64,000 bases of DNA from Tubulanus polymorphus (GCF_964204645.1 NC_134029.1:19834950-19898949), one strand, 5' to 3'; numbered from the stretch's first letter, positions 50,140 to 62,997 are shown. A program made the numbers and translations. The notes: a model not told the origin generated them from the sequence alone.

Positions 50140-51159
50140 CTATCGAGTGTCTTCTATGGTAGGTGGCGCCATTGTATCGTCGCGATGAAAAATCTCCCAG
50201 AGGCGCTTGTATTCCACTTGATGAGGATGATTGCGATGGATTCGTTCGAATTCGATGATTTTCCGCTCCCTCTCGATGTCTGAAAGTTTCGAAATGTCTG
50301 TTTTACGCAAGTGAAACAAAGCTGGGAAGGATTCGCAATTGCAAATATATGTAGCAAGTTGACAGGAATTAGTACAGTAAACTTCGCCTGGCTAACCTCT
50401 CTGACCAAAAAGAAATCATTGTCCGACTCCCTGACATCACGGGCCAATTTTTGCCGTTCCTAGTTTGTGCACTAAGGCGAGGTTTACCATTCAGGAGCGG
50501 ATACCAGGGGTACTTGTGAGACAAAATTTTGAGGTTAACTTCGCGTTTGTAACTCGGAATAAGCTACTTTTCTTAGTTAAAAGTGATTTTTTGAGGTTAT
50601 TTCGGAAATTAACTCCAGAATCACTTTTAACTGAACAAAAACCAATTTATTCCTAGTTACAAACTCGGAATTAACCCCGAAAATTATTTTTTAAAGATAC
50701 TTCACCAGGAAGCTCCGTAACCTGTCATTTAAAAGATCGCATGATGCTCATACCTCGCTGAGTTGGGAGAGTTGAGTGGATTTTCGGATAACCGACTTTG
50801 CGTAAATTTCCCCACACTTTGAAGATTTTAACTTCTTCGTTTATGCGACAGCGCGCATCTGTTGCAGCGCACGTATTTGCTGATTTCAAATCCGGACTGC
50901 ATTCATCGGTTGTATCGTTAATTGTTGACTTATGATTTTTAGAGTCGCATTTCTTGGATGTTTTGTCACCGTTCAACTGCTGCGGCTTAACCGGCTGCAG
51001 CTCCGACTGCGAACGGGGCAATTTGGTTATTTCGCGTTGCGCATTCGTTCGCGATCTCCGAGCGCGGTTGATCGTCATTCTATTTCTGTCGTAATAATTC
51101 ATTAATCCCGAAGCAGATCTCTGCGAAAATGGACCATCAACGACATTCTCCCGCCACAT
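50140..51159 (-). CDS. Uncharacterized two-exon basic protein (~181 aa)
   Basis: Exon 51159-50754 (MWRENVVDGP...PKIHSTLPTQR, G|gtatga) joins in phase 1 to exon 50279-50140 (DIERERKIIEFERIHRNHPH...TR*). Confidence 0.6.
50531..50678. repeat. Imperfect ~150-bp palindrome in intron
   Basis: gaggttaacttcgcgtttgtaactcggaataa / ttattcctagttacaaactcggaattaacccc, and agttaaaagtgatt / aatcacttttaact. Confidence 0.7.
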
Positions 51160-53111
51160 TTTCAAATGTCACAGACGCGCAGGGCGCTGTATTTCTTGTG
51201 CATGTAGGTCCTATACCTACCTACGTATAATACCTTTGTTCGTGCGTTTTTCCTACATCTCATAATTCGCTTTCAGTTTATTTCCATATCTCCACTTTCG
51301 ATGACGGAACCTTCTCTTCGTCGGACTCTGCGTGCAAGCTATCATCCGTTTAATGGAAAAAAATGGTATATCTGGGGCATTAGCACAATTATCGATTGCT
51401 CATTGAAGCAGAAGACTAAAACGCGATATATTTGGTCGGTTCTTCGATTTTCAATGGTTATATGAAAGATTTACAGTCTTTGTAATTACTCGCATAAATC
51501 GGTCCCTCAATAGCCTGTTCTCGCGCTTGGTTCACACATAAAACATGTTGTCATGGTGTACCCGATAGAGAAATCGAAAATTCCCTTGACATTTCGTTAC
51601 GAAACGCCTTTCATCGCTGTGAAATCCGATTAATAATTCATACCACGCGCGCGCGCGCATGGTTCTAATCTTGTTGCGGTACAATAAAATTAGATAGCTT
51701 TTTTTCAATAATGACTCGATCCGCTTCCGAATAATCTTCGCAAGTTTTATACTGAAAAAAGTAAGAAGACTTCTAGATCAAAAATCTAAACGTATACGTT
51801 TTAGTAGACAAAATAGATAGAGCAGCCACCATCATATATACGATCTTGTATTCATAAATTTCATATTTTCATAGATTATAATTCATATTTTTCATAGCAA
51901 AGTAGCCTATATTCTGAAATGGTAAAATATGCTATAAATCAATCAAGGTATAGTGGATAGTTTATATCATTTCTTGAAGTAATGAATTTGAAAATTGGCG
52001 GTTTCACGTCCGGCAACAAATTCCCAGTAAGAATATTCTATCATGACTTACCGGTACGGTGTTCTAATGGCTTAGAAGGTCTTTTTAAAACTCGAAGAAC
52101 ATTCGTTTATGATGAGTATAAATTCCTTTGCAGATACAAATAGAGTTAATATCATAAATATCAAGGTGAAACCGAATGTATGATGTACAACGTTTTATCG
52201 GTTTTCTATATTGACGCGTTATCTTTTGAAACTGTTTACGCGTAATGGTCGTCCGGGAAACTACCCTCTTACCGCGCCGGGGACTACCTACCGGTCTCGA
52301 CGTTTCGACTCTTGTTATCTTGGTGGGAGAGATCGAAACTGAAACAATGCCCGATTGTCGTCTGCGAAACTCATCTATTATTTACGTAATTCGAAATAAA
52401 ACGGTCTCGTCGCTAGAAACGATCGACGTGACACACGCAATTTGTAAATTCGGTCGTTACAAGGCGATCTATCATCAGCAAATAACAATTCAATCCAGAA
52501 ATAGCCGGGAAATGTCGGTTACCAATACAAACGTAGTTTTAATGGCATTTCACGCTCGGCAGAGAAATAGGTTGCAAATTAGAATGTTCAATTATTAATA
52601 TTTTATGTATTTTACGACAGTAGAAAGTGGTATACGAAAGCATGCAGTTAGTGCGTGCAATATACATTTAGAAATAGCTGGAATCGAAAATTTGTCGATA
52701 TTTTGCCGCGACGACCACAAGTCAACAATTCGATAATTTGTACTTCGATCATATAGAGGAATTGCACCTTTAATCAATATTGTGATTTATCGGTCTATAT
52801 GTCCCGGGTTTGTCTTTGAATCGATTTATTGACCTGATTGATAAAGCAAAAGATCGATAAACCAGAAAAAACTACTGATGATTCATATCATATGATATAT
52901 CATATGTTTTGAGGGTATTTCTCAATAAATAGGACACAATATTTTCGTTCAAAATCAATGCACTATATACGGTGTATACTGGTCATGGTATTCTGTAATT
53001 TATTTCCAATGAAATAATGTTAGATACACATATTCCCAAATCATTTACAAATAATCACCAAACACATTAGATTCAAATCAAGACATAGCGAACTCAGCAA
53101 CACGATACACA

Positions 53112-54115
53112 TCAGGAATTGTCAAACGAGAACGGCGACGGGCGCTCCGAAGTAGAGGCTTCAAGGTGGTCCCTACTCGTAGAGGCTAAACTCTCGATAG
53201 TCGATATATTCGTTTCAGATCTGTATCTGATACTCTCTTCTAACATCAATTTGAAACGATCGTTTTTGGTCTTACGTACAACTCCGTACACCAACAAAGT
53301 CGAGCAGATTATGAACAGGATTACGCCGATCGAGCAGCCGATAATTATAGGGTGTTTCACGTGTAATCTATCATCATGTGAACCCAGAGACTCCGCCGTA
53401 CTGTTCGATGCGTTCGCAGAGGGATTTGGTGACGGGGTGACCGTTTGAACCGTTGCCGTCGTCGTTGGCGCTTGGCTGACAGTTGTTTCTGCGCACGAAG
53501 CCGTTACAGTGACGGTAACAGTAACGATTACACTCGACGGATTTAAGCAATTTGTAGACGATATTCGTGAGACTACAGCTGCACTCGACTGTAGACCTAA
53601 GCTTGGTTGTTCGGAAAGAGCGACCGATAGATCCTGGGTCTGCGCTGGATTTGTCGTGAATGATGGATTTATCGATGACTGTAGGCCTTGACTATTGCTT
53701 AATTGTTGTCCATACACTAATCCATCTGGAAATGAAAAATTAATAGTAAACCGTATATACAGTTGCAAGCTGCAACAAACTCACAGTCATGATACGAAAA
53801 TAGTGTGAAATACCACGATGAGTCGAGAAGATACACAATATCCGTGTCAGATGAAATAAGAGAAATCCAACAATAGATTCGGCCAAAAATGAAAAGATCT
53901 ATAGTAAAATGGTATATATCTGGAGCAACGTTTCGGAGCCATCATCAGTACGCCTGATGATGTATTTAGTATATAGCCGAAACGTTACTCGAAATAACTG
54001 TAGATCTTTTCATTTTTGGCCGAATCTATTGTTGGATTTCTCTCTTTAGTGAAATACCATAAATACCTGAAAACAAGCTTATAAGGAAAAGCGAATTTAT
54101 CAAATCCAACCTCAT
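53112..54115 (-). CDS. Type I single-pass membrane protein with Ser/Thr-rich (mucin-like) ectodomain, ~220 aa
   Basis: Signal exon 54115-54067 (MRLDLINSLFLISLFS, G|gtattt) plus exon 53725-53112. TM IIIGCSIGVILFIICSTLLVYGVV followed by RKTK. Confidence 0.8.
53859..54043. repeat. 185-bp palindrome with back-to-back hammerhead-ribozyme-like cores (Penelope-like terminus remnant)
   Basis: 43-bp perfect arms; centre caacgtttcgg..catcatcag / ctgatgatg..ccgaaacgtt. Confidence 0.7.
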
Positions 54116-55061
54116 GATATATCGCCTCCAGATTTCTTACTCAGGGCAAGTTACTCTGGAAGAATAGAGTAATAGTTTTTATGAATGGAAATAATTATTC
54201 TCGAAATATTGGGAAGTGTCCTTGACCGTAGCAATTACCTTGACTTTCTCACCATCGTTTACAATGTATCCAACCTATGAGGAGAAGAGCTGATCATTTT
54301 AGGTTCCCAACAAATAAAGTGAAGTAAAGACAATGGAACCTTACTTCATGTGTATACATACGCAAAGTTTAAACTTACAATATGCACGACAATAATCAGA
54401 TATTTACCATTAGGTCTACCTAAAAGCGAATGTATGTCAACAAACCGATAACACTATAAATCGAAATATATAGACTGTTCTAATCGGGTCCAATCGTATA
54501 TTGACTGTCTGTGTTTAAAAACACTGGAAGTACCGTATAAGAAGACTCTACATATTTGTAAATCGAATTATGCAGTTGCAATAGTAAGACCTTGCCTTCA
54601 CTTCCTCGAACTTTTTAGCTTCCTAGTTCCAAACTGAATCATCCGTATTTTCGAAAAACAGAAAATTCGAAAATTTTGTCTAGAATTGCTAGCCGGCGTA
54701 CTCAGTATCACGTGTAATCGTGCTACACTTTTCCCGAAAACAAGCGAAATATCAAAATACTGATACAGATATTACGGGAAACTTCAAATAAATGAAGAAG
54801 ATAGCAATTGGATTAAAAAGATAGAGGTAAGAAATTTCGAGGCTTTCATATTCCTAGCAACCACGAAACACATGAAATAAGACGGCCGCATCACATTGAG
54901 TGAGGCGTATCGATACATGGCTTCCTTAGTTACTAAGAAAAAAGTTCGCATTTCGTTGCTACGAACATTAGTTGCACTGCTTTTCTTGGCTTTCGCTTAG
55001 AGTTTGCTAAGTTATTCGCGCGCTACGACAATGATTCTTCGAAGTCTTACTTAGAAGAAAA

Positions 55062-57175
55062 ATGACGATTATTCTTTATAAAGTTCTCGTGGCTTTTATA
55101 GCCATGCATCTGACTGGATTATGGTCAGAGTTTCAAGATACTTGCGGCATGACACAACAGTATCCGAGGTAGGTTGAATATGTGGTATATTAGCTATCAA
55201 AAGTCATACTGTATTTTGGTGAAGACCGGTTCATCTTCCAAACAATCTTTAAAAGAAAAAAACGTATGCCTTAAATGCTAAATTCATTGAAATTAAAAAT
55301 TTAGAGCAAATTTATCATTTTTTTTCGTTATGTAGTCTCACCAATTTTTCAATTTTTTTCAGTGGAGCTGTTGCTGCAGTTTCGCTTGCTGACGTGCAGG
55401 TAATGATAGTGATGACTTTGTTGCTATTAATATTGATTAGATCTGCAGGAATTTCTATGAAAATTCGTCTGCTCAACAAATACCGCCAGCAATTAGCGGT
55501 GATGTGCATTGGTACCCTGCTGCTGTGGTACGCCATTCTCGGTCTCATCTATAATGCCGGAGGTCAGTATATATATTTTTTCTAATAGAATTTCCTACAT
55601 ACCATACCATACCATACCATACCATACCATACCATACCATACCATACCATACCATACCATACCATACCATACCATACCATACCATACCATACCACACCAC
55701 ACCACAACATGCCATGCCATGCCATACCATACCATACCATACCATAAACATCGAGGGCTATTGAAAATATAAATTTTTTCTTTAATTTTTAGATTATCTG
55801 CTGATGCTATTATTCCTATTACCGAGACTGATCTACAAAGTCTTCAAATTCATTTACGCGCATATCTTATGCGGTCTCGGCTTAATCTACGATTCGATCA
55901 CATCGGTTATTGAACTCATCAGCAGCAAACCGGCTCGACGACTGACCTCTTCAGAAGTAGCTCCAACGTCTAGATGCCAGCAGAAAACATCCACGTCAGA
56001 AATCAGAACACATCGACCAACACTGACCAGATACAGTCTAACAGAGATTAATGTAAGCGACACGATCTCTCGGTTACAATACGTGAAATCGGGTCGAATC
56101 AGCGCTTCAAAAAGTTTCGAGAATGTCGACCATATCATCAAACCGTTCGCAACTCAATCTTGTCCAGATATAAAGAAGTTTCTGCGTGCTCAAGCCGAAC
56201 AACTCGAGGAGGTGCCAGAATACAGAACACAGGAAGAAATCTCGATCGATTACGGAAAAAGAATCTTTTCGTCTGGTTCAACATTGATGATCTATCCGTC
56301 AGACGAACTCTTCATTCATCACTCGTTCACCAATATCTCCGTCCATGGTCATTCTTCACCGAATATAGCGATACTTGATACTGCCATCGCTGATGTCACT
56401 GACCACCAGACTAGTGTTCACATACCGCTGCACCAAGCACACAGTCTACCTAGCAATGTTGGAACAAATAAAGACATCCTGATTTCTAACCTTTTTCCGA
56501 TGATAAACCTGATACCGCGAGGTAGATAACTACACTCAAATAATTCGAAATATTCTCAATTTAACAATTTCTGATGACGATGTTTTTGTTTCAGCCCGAT
56601 CGTCAGTGGAGGTCAACAACAACGAATTAGACCTATCAACTTCGGCGTCGTTTGTAGTTCTAACCCGTACTACCAGCTCTGGTGTCGTGCCCGTTCATCT
56701 GTTCTCCGGAATCTCCATGTTGCAGACCAGTCGCCGTTCTCTACCGGTAACCGTCGTCCAAATCGATGTCGAACTCGCGTCACTGCGCACCATCAGCGCA
56801 CCGGTCATTTACAACACCGCAGTCCACTCCGAAATGAGCGTTTTCAGCGAGCCAACTAACAGCGAATGCAACTTAGCGGCCTTAACCAGAAGCATTGAAG
56901 CCGATATCGCCCATGTTTACGAGAGACAGGACGGATGCCTCGTGGCGAAAGATCTGACAGGACGTTGGGCTCGAGGAGACTGCTGGGCTCGCTCGTCAGA
57001 ACACGAATTAGTCGACGACGAAGGAAGACTATTCGAATGGGTATTCTTAGAAGACGAAAGCATTCAAGACATCATCTTCCGTCCTCCAAACTTCTGGACG
57101 AGATTTTCTAACGGAACGAACCAATTTTTCCGTTACTGGATACTCGGGCAATATCAGACCCAGCATCGCCGTTAA
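55062..57175 (+). CDS. Uncharacterized membrane protein (~538 aa): N-terminal hydrophobic segments, long Ser/Thr-rich tail
   Basis: Phase-consistent exons 55062-55168, 55363-55562, 55793-56521, 56595-57175 (1617 nt). Confidence 0.75.
55598..55746 (+). repeat. (CATAC)n microsatellite, intronic
   Basis: About 19 perfect units followed by degenerate units. Confidence 0.97.
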
Positions 57176-58235
57176 AAGTGTCAGGGAAGTTGTGAAGTTT
57201 GCCAGTCAAATATTTCAATTGTATAATCAATATTTATAGATTTTTGTTTTACGGTAGCTTCTATACAAAGCCTACTTTTTATCGCTTCCTTTTGATGAAT
57301 ATAGCTTTAACTGAAAGAACTGTTTTGTTCCTTTTCGTTGTCGTTATCTTGCGACCACAGGAATTTCTCCTAACCAAAAGTGGCATCGTTCCATTTGATC
57401 TATTCGATATTTCACTACCGTATTACAAAACATATGTATGCCAAAGCTAACCATAAGTCCCAGAGTTCGAAGTTGAACCATAGTTTGGGATGGCGGAATT
57501 TGATAGATTGTACATTTTACAAGAAAGCGAAAATTGTTTATGCTTTATAGCTAATTTGAATGTTTTCTGAGAGAAACCTATTAAATATTGCTAATAGTTT
57601 TATCTTTGGGTTGGTTTTAGGCATATAAAAACCACATGTTTAGCAGTTAATCCACTGGATACATAATTTTGTAATAAGTTTTGAGAGAAATTGTAAGAGA
57701 GCGTACATTGGTGGAAGACATATTTGAGTAATAGCTAAGATATTCTTGGGGTCATTATATTAGTAAATTGGGAGGTTAGAAATATCGTAAAGCAGGTTTT
57801 GTAGAATATAGTCAACATCCATCCTGTTGATGGCCTTTGATTCGATCGTCGTCCTGTTGAGGGCCTGTGACTCGATCGCTTGTGGCCCAGGCCGACCACA
57901 TGCATCGATAGTTCTCGGTGCAATTCTATCCCGCGAACTGGGCTGGCTGTAACTGCTGCATGGTAAAAAGCCGCACAGCCGTTCAGCCGTTGCGATATCA
58001 TATTTAGTTACAGCTTCGTAACCAAGTGTCATCGAATATTGTGCGTTAACTAAATTAATAGTTGCTTTTTTCTGCTGTTATCAACGCAAATACTAAGACG
58101 AAATGGCGTAAATGATGGTTGAGTAAAGATTCTAGTGGGCAAAGGTAAATCACGAGAATGGGATCTCAGACTTTTCAAGGCCTGTGATTCTCTATAGTTA
58201 CATATGTATTCCCCTCTACGTTTGCGTTATGTTTA

Positions 58236-59273
58236 CTACATTAGCTTTCCTAGTCGATGACAGCTCAAAAACCAGATAAGTGTTTTTCCAAAACCTTTCC
58301 GAATACCCAAATATACGAACAGATTTATCATCGAATTAATGGCGTGTAATAACTGCGCAGAATGATACGGCCGATACCATTTCTTTCCATCGTTTTCCGG
58401 TAAAACCGCTGGCAAAAACGTGTTTATGACAGCCATCGTGTATTCAACCGTGAATATAACGTTTAGAACTAGTATTGTCATTGTTATTTGTCGGCCTTGT
58501 TTACTATCGGTAGAATTCGATCTATCGTCCTCGTCGATTTGTTGAAGTTTCCGCCGCAGACGAGCCGCATCCCGTACCAATGAATACATATGAGCGTTAC
58601 ACGCTAAAACAATGATACCTGGGATAAATATAAGCACAACTTTAGCAAATACAAAATCGTAATACATGGCATATAGTTTATCTAGAAGGAGAAATTTCCG
58701 AAGATTGACAAATTCACATCGATGGTTAGGCATTACTACATAAGTTTCTGTATCCCAAAATGTCGGTATCTCGAAGATAAAAGTAAGAACCCAAACGGCT
58801 ATCGAAACGCGTAATGCATTTTGAATGGTACATATTTGTATGGCATAAAGTGGAAATCTAATCGCTATATAGCGGTCAATGCTTAATGCGAAAAGTAGCC
58901 ACGTACTTGTAGTCGTGGTCATCTGAAATATGAAATCTACATAAAGAAAAACTTGACGGAAATACTGTTGATAAATGCGATTATACCGAATATACTCGAG
59001 CGGGTATTTCTTTGAAATGATATCCAAATCCCGTCCAAACATTCCTGCAGTCAAACAATGTATCGTGTCGGCAATAGCGAGCACTTCTAAATATAAGATA
59101 CTGCTTCCTCGAACTTTCATCAGGCGGAGAACTATGAAGGCGAGACAGTTGGCGATTCCACCGATGGTGTAAAGGATCGCGCGAATGATTGTCATTACGG
59201 TAGCGTACGTGTACGTACCTTCAGCTACGTTGCAGAATTTACCGCAACAGATAACAACCGTTTCATTTACCAT
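58236..59273 (-). CDS. Intronless class A GPCR (FMRFamide-receptor-like / chemoreceptor-like), 345 aa
   Basis: Seven TM; LAIAD (TM2), SIDRYIAIRFP (DRY), NSMINLFVY (TM7); N-terminal NET sequon. Confidence 0.9.
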   Translation of the reverse strand: MVNETVVICCGKFCNVAEGTYTYATVMTIIRAILYTIGGIANCLAFIVLRLMKVRGSSILYLEVLAIADTIHCLTAGMFGRDLDIISKKYPLEYIRYNRIYQQYFRQVFLYVDFIFQMTTTTSTWLLFALSIDRYIAIRFPLYAIQICTIQNALRVSIAVWVLTFIFEIPTFWDTETYVVMPNHRCEFVNLRKFLLLDKLYAMYYDFVFAKVVLIFIPGIIVLACNAHMYSLVRDAARLRRKLQQIDEDDRSNSTDSKQGRQITMTILVLNVIFTVEYTMAVINTFLPAVLPENDGKKWYRPYHSAQLLHAINSMINLFVYLGIRKGFGKTLIWFLSCHRLGKLM

Positions 59274-60481
59274 CGCTGCGAATTGTAGGTTTTATCACGA
59301 CTAGAAAGAGAAATTCGCGATCATGCCGCACATGAAATACGTAAACGATCGAAAGTGATCGAACCTTTCTCTACATATTTTCCGTCAGTTGGTCTGCCTT
59401 TGAACGTGATCATTTTGCGTATGTCTACCGTTTCTCTTCGTCTGTTGGCTTACCTTACTAGTTTGTAATCATCCTCGCATCTATAGGGGTATTATTTTCT
59501 TTACCAATACTCTACGCTCAGCGTATAGGGTGTAACTTAAAGAACAGCGCACATTCATGGATACTTATGTATGAGATTGCTTTTATTTATTAAAGCTATG
59601 AAAAACTTACAAATGCTAATCAGAGATAAGAGAATTAAGTGAGGGCTTATTTATTGATTGTAAGATTCTACATCGATAGGTTTTAACAGTATAACAAATG
59701 ATAAACGGGTTCGCAGTTTACCCAAACCTTGCACAATTTAGTATTTCGAGTCAAATGTATCTGCCAATTCCATTTTGTTCATCATAACTTCTGATGACTT
59801 CGTTTAATAGGCTCATCTTTTTGCACTGTACGAGAAACTGTGGAACATGGACTCTAGAACGATTTCGTTATTATTATTTCGATTTCGATTTAGAGTCCAT
59901 GATTTGAATAATCTACAGGAAATAGTCGTGGTGCCATTAAGTCTCCAAAATTAGCCCTTCGTTCAAAAAGCAGAGAACTTTCCAGTTATCCATGTAATCG
60001 CATTCGATATACGATAGTGCGTACCAAGGAGGTAAGAGTGGATGGAATATCTCTAGGGGAGATCCCCATCAATAGGTACCGAATCAATTCCTACAACTTG
60101 ACTTCAACTGAAATATGCTTGTTGGAAATGTGCCTATTCTGTTCATGAATTCCTGGGAGCAGTTGACACAATTTATTAGCTAATTAGCGAAATTTTTTTA
60201 TGCTAAAATAGCAAATCTGAATGTTAATGAGCGAAAGCGATTAAATATTGCTAATAGTTTTATCTCTAGGTTGGTTTTAGGTATATAAGAATTATGTAAT
60301 AGCAGTTTGTCCACTAGATACATAATATAATAATTTTTGTTAGAGAACGTACATTGGTGTATGAGAACTATTTGAGTAATAGTGAAGAGATTCTCGCGGG
60401 GTCAATATATGAGTATATTGGGAGGTTAGATCGTAAACCCGATTTTCTAGTTTATGTATTCCCTTCGATCGTTTATGTTCT

Positions 60482-61516
60482 CTACATTAGCTTTCCTAGT
60501 CGATGACAGCTCAAAAACCAGATAAGTGTTTTTCCAAAACCTTTCCGAATACCCAAATATACGAACAGATTTATCATCGAATTAATGGCGTGTAATAACA
60601 TCGCAGAATGATACGGCCGATACCACTTCGTTCCCTTGTTTTCTGGTAATAGCGCTGGCAAAAACGTGTTTATAACATCCATCGAGTATTCAACCGTGAA
60701 TATAACGTTTAGAACTAGTATTGTCATTGTTATTTGTCGGCCTTGTTTACTATCGGTAGAATTCGATCTATCGTCCTCGTCGATTTGTTGGAGTTTCCGC
60801 CGCAGACGAGCCGCATCCCGTACCAATAAATACATATGAGCGTTACACGCTAAAACAATGATACCTGGGATAAATTTAAGCACAACTTTAGCAAAAACAA
60901 AGTCATAATACATGGCATACTGTTTATTTAGAAGGAGTAATTTTCTAGAGTGTACATATGCACATGGATGGTTGGGCATCACTACATAAGTCTCTTTATC
61001 CCAAAGTGTCGGTATCTCGAAGATAAAAGTAAGAACCCAAACGGCTATCGAAATGCGTAATGCATTTTGAATGGTACATACTTGAATGGCAAAGAGTGGA
61101 AATCTAATCGCTATATAGCGGTCAATGCTTAATGCGAAAAGCAGCCACGAACTTGTAGTCATGGTCATGTGAAATATGAAATCTACATAAAGAAAAACTT
61201 GACGGAAATACTGTTGATAAATACGATTATACCGAACATACTCGAGCGGGTAGTCCCTTGAAAGAATCATCAAATCGCGCCCAAACATTCCAGCAGTCAA
61301 ACAATTTATCGTGTCGGCAATAGCGAGCACTTCCAAGTATAAAATACTGCTTCCTCGAACTTTCATCAGGCGGAGAACTATGAAGGCGTGACAGTTGGCG
61401 ACTCCTCCGATGGTGTAAAGGATCGCGCGAATTATTGTCATTACGGTAGCTTACGTGTACGTACCTTCAGCACCGTCACAGAATTTACCGCAACAAATAA
61501 CAGTTTCATTTACCAT
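60482..61516 (-). pseudogene. Tandem GPCR paralog with premature stop at codon 22 (pseudogene or N-truncated 319-aa receptor)
   Basis: Homologous ATG at 61516; TAC(Tyr)->TAA at 61453-61451 relative to the paralog; frame intact from Met 61441 to stop 60482. Confidence 0.75.
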
Positions 61517-61649
61517 CGCTGCGTTTTGTAGTTTGCGTTCCATCACAACTAGAAAGATAAATTCGCGATCATGCCGCACATTTTAACGTACAATCTTCTA
61601 CCGACTCTCTTCGCTCATCGTCTGTTGGCTTATATTCCTAGTTCGTAAC

Positions 61650-62070
61650 CTACGGCGGAAGCGATAAGGGGCCTCGAGATGTCGCGTTCCAACTCGACAA
61701 GTCGCCATATTTATGTCGACATATCGCGATATATCGCGTCAAGTCGACATGAATATGTCGATATATCGTGACGTTTTCACGACATATTTCGTTTTCTCGA
61801 CGACTTTCCTCGCGACAAGTCGACATATTCATGACGACTTGAAACTCAGTCCTCATATTACTGGTGTCCTCATCTTACATTTACACATGTCTTCAAATGA
61901 CGGCTTGTCCCGTGGAAAATGGGCGAAAAAGCGAAATTTGTCGTGAAAACGTCACGATATGTCGACATATTCATGTCGACTTGACGCGATATATCACGGT
62001 ATGTCGACATAAATATGACGACTTGTCGACTTGGAACGGGACATCTCGAGGCCCCTTATCGCTTCCGTAG
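61650..62070. mobile_element. Foldback-type MITE with ~150-bp TIRs
   Basis: ctacgg(cgg)aagcgataaggggcctcgagatgtc... mirrored at 62070; flanking duplication taac (or gtaacc); the paralogous region near 59460 lacks it. Confidence 0.9.
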
Positions 62071-62739
62071 TAACCTTCCTCACATCTAGACGTATAATTT
62101 TCTATACCAATACTCTATCTTCACGAAATAGTGTAATTGAAAAAAAAACAGCGCACATTGAGTTTGAAACGTATGTATGCGCTCTGTATAGCTCATGAAA
62201 GCTGTGAAATTCTAATCGAAATACAGCAAATAATATCTTATTATTCTACTTTGATAATCAGAATATGTCACGCTTTCCGCGGGCGCACTCGGTGAATTCA
62301 TTCTCCGACGTTCTTAGCGAGTGAGACGAAAATGACTCGCGCAATGCCATCACTTGAAAAAGCAACATTTAAATACATCGTAACGGGCACGCATTACAAC
62401 TGATGATTAGTCCAGTTGTAAATTTCATCATTTTCTTTGGAGTCAATTTGTTGTAATCAGCTTAATCATCTCCTGAGAAAAATCGGGAGCAGAAAAACGG
62501 AGATTAAGACGTTCGGACTAATTTATATTCTATATTGGCATGCAGAAATTTTTCTGAAATGCAGAGATTTTTCTGAAGTTCTGATCCGTGTGCTGTGAGG
62601 GAATTTCGGGGTCAACCCTCAATTGGCTCTAAAATGTGATATAAAATATGATACTTATGATTAATCAATGTTTATTGGGACTCTCAAACAATGAACATCA
62701 GAATTGTCAGAATTTTTTAATTAAGTAGTAGCATCCTAT

Positions 62740-62945
62740 TATGAATTTTGAAGAATGTACAAAACTTCCAAATATTACGGCAGGGTTAACTTTGAATTTT
62801 TTTTTGAAATTAATCATGGTTGTACCTGTGAACAAACAAAAGCTAACTACACCGGATTTCTTAATCTATGACGAATTTGATATTTATCCACAGTTTGTAA
62901 AATCGCAAATACAAATCATTAAGTACTGGGCAAAGATATTGAGAG
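62740..62945 (+). mobile_element. Degenerate LINE (L2/CR1-group) ORF2 fragment
   Basis: TTPDFLIYDEFDIYPQFVKSQIQIIKYWAKILR resembles the post-RT motif TPN..VYGELGRYPL.....R.IKYW.K.L (from memory). Confidence 0.5.
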
Positions 62946-62997
62946 CCAAGACAAGCAAACGATTCCTTGTCGTCTTTGGTGATAAAGTTTTAATAAG

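Noticed and set aside
55509-55772. Repetitive ORFs (HTIPY)n and (MVWYG)n
   Set aside because: Translation of the intronic (CATAC)n microsatellite.
61650-62070. Mirror-image ORFs on both strands
   Set aside because: Artefact of the long terminal inverted repeats.
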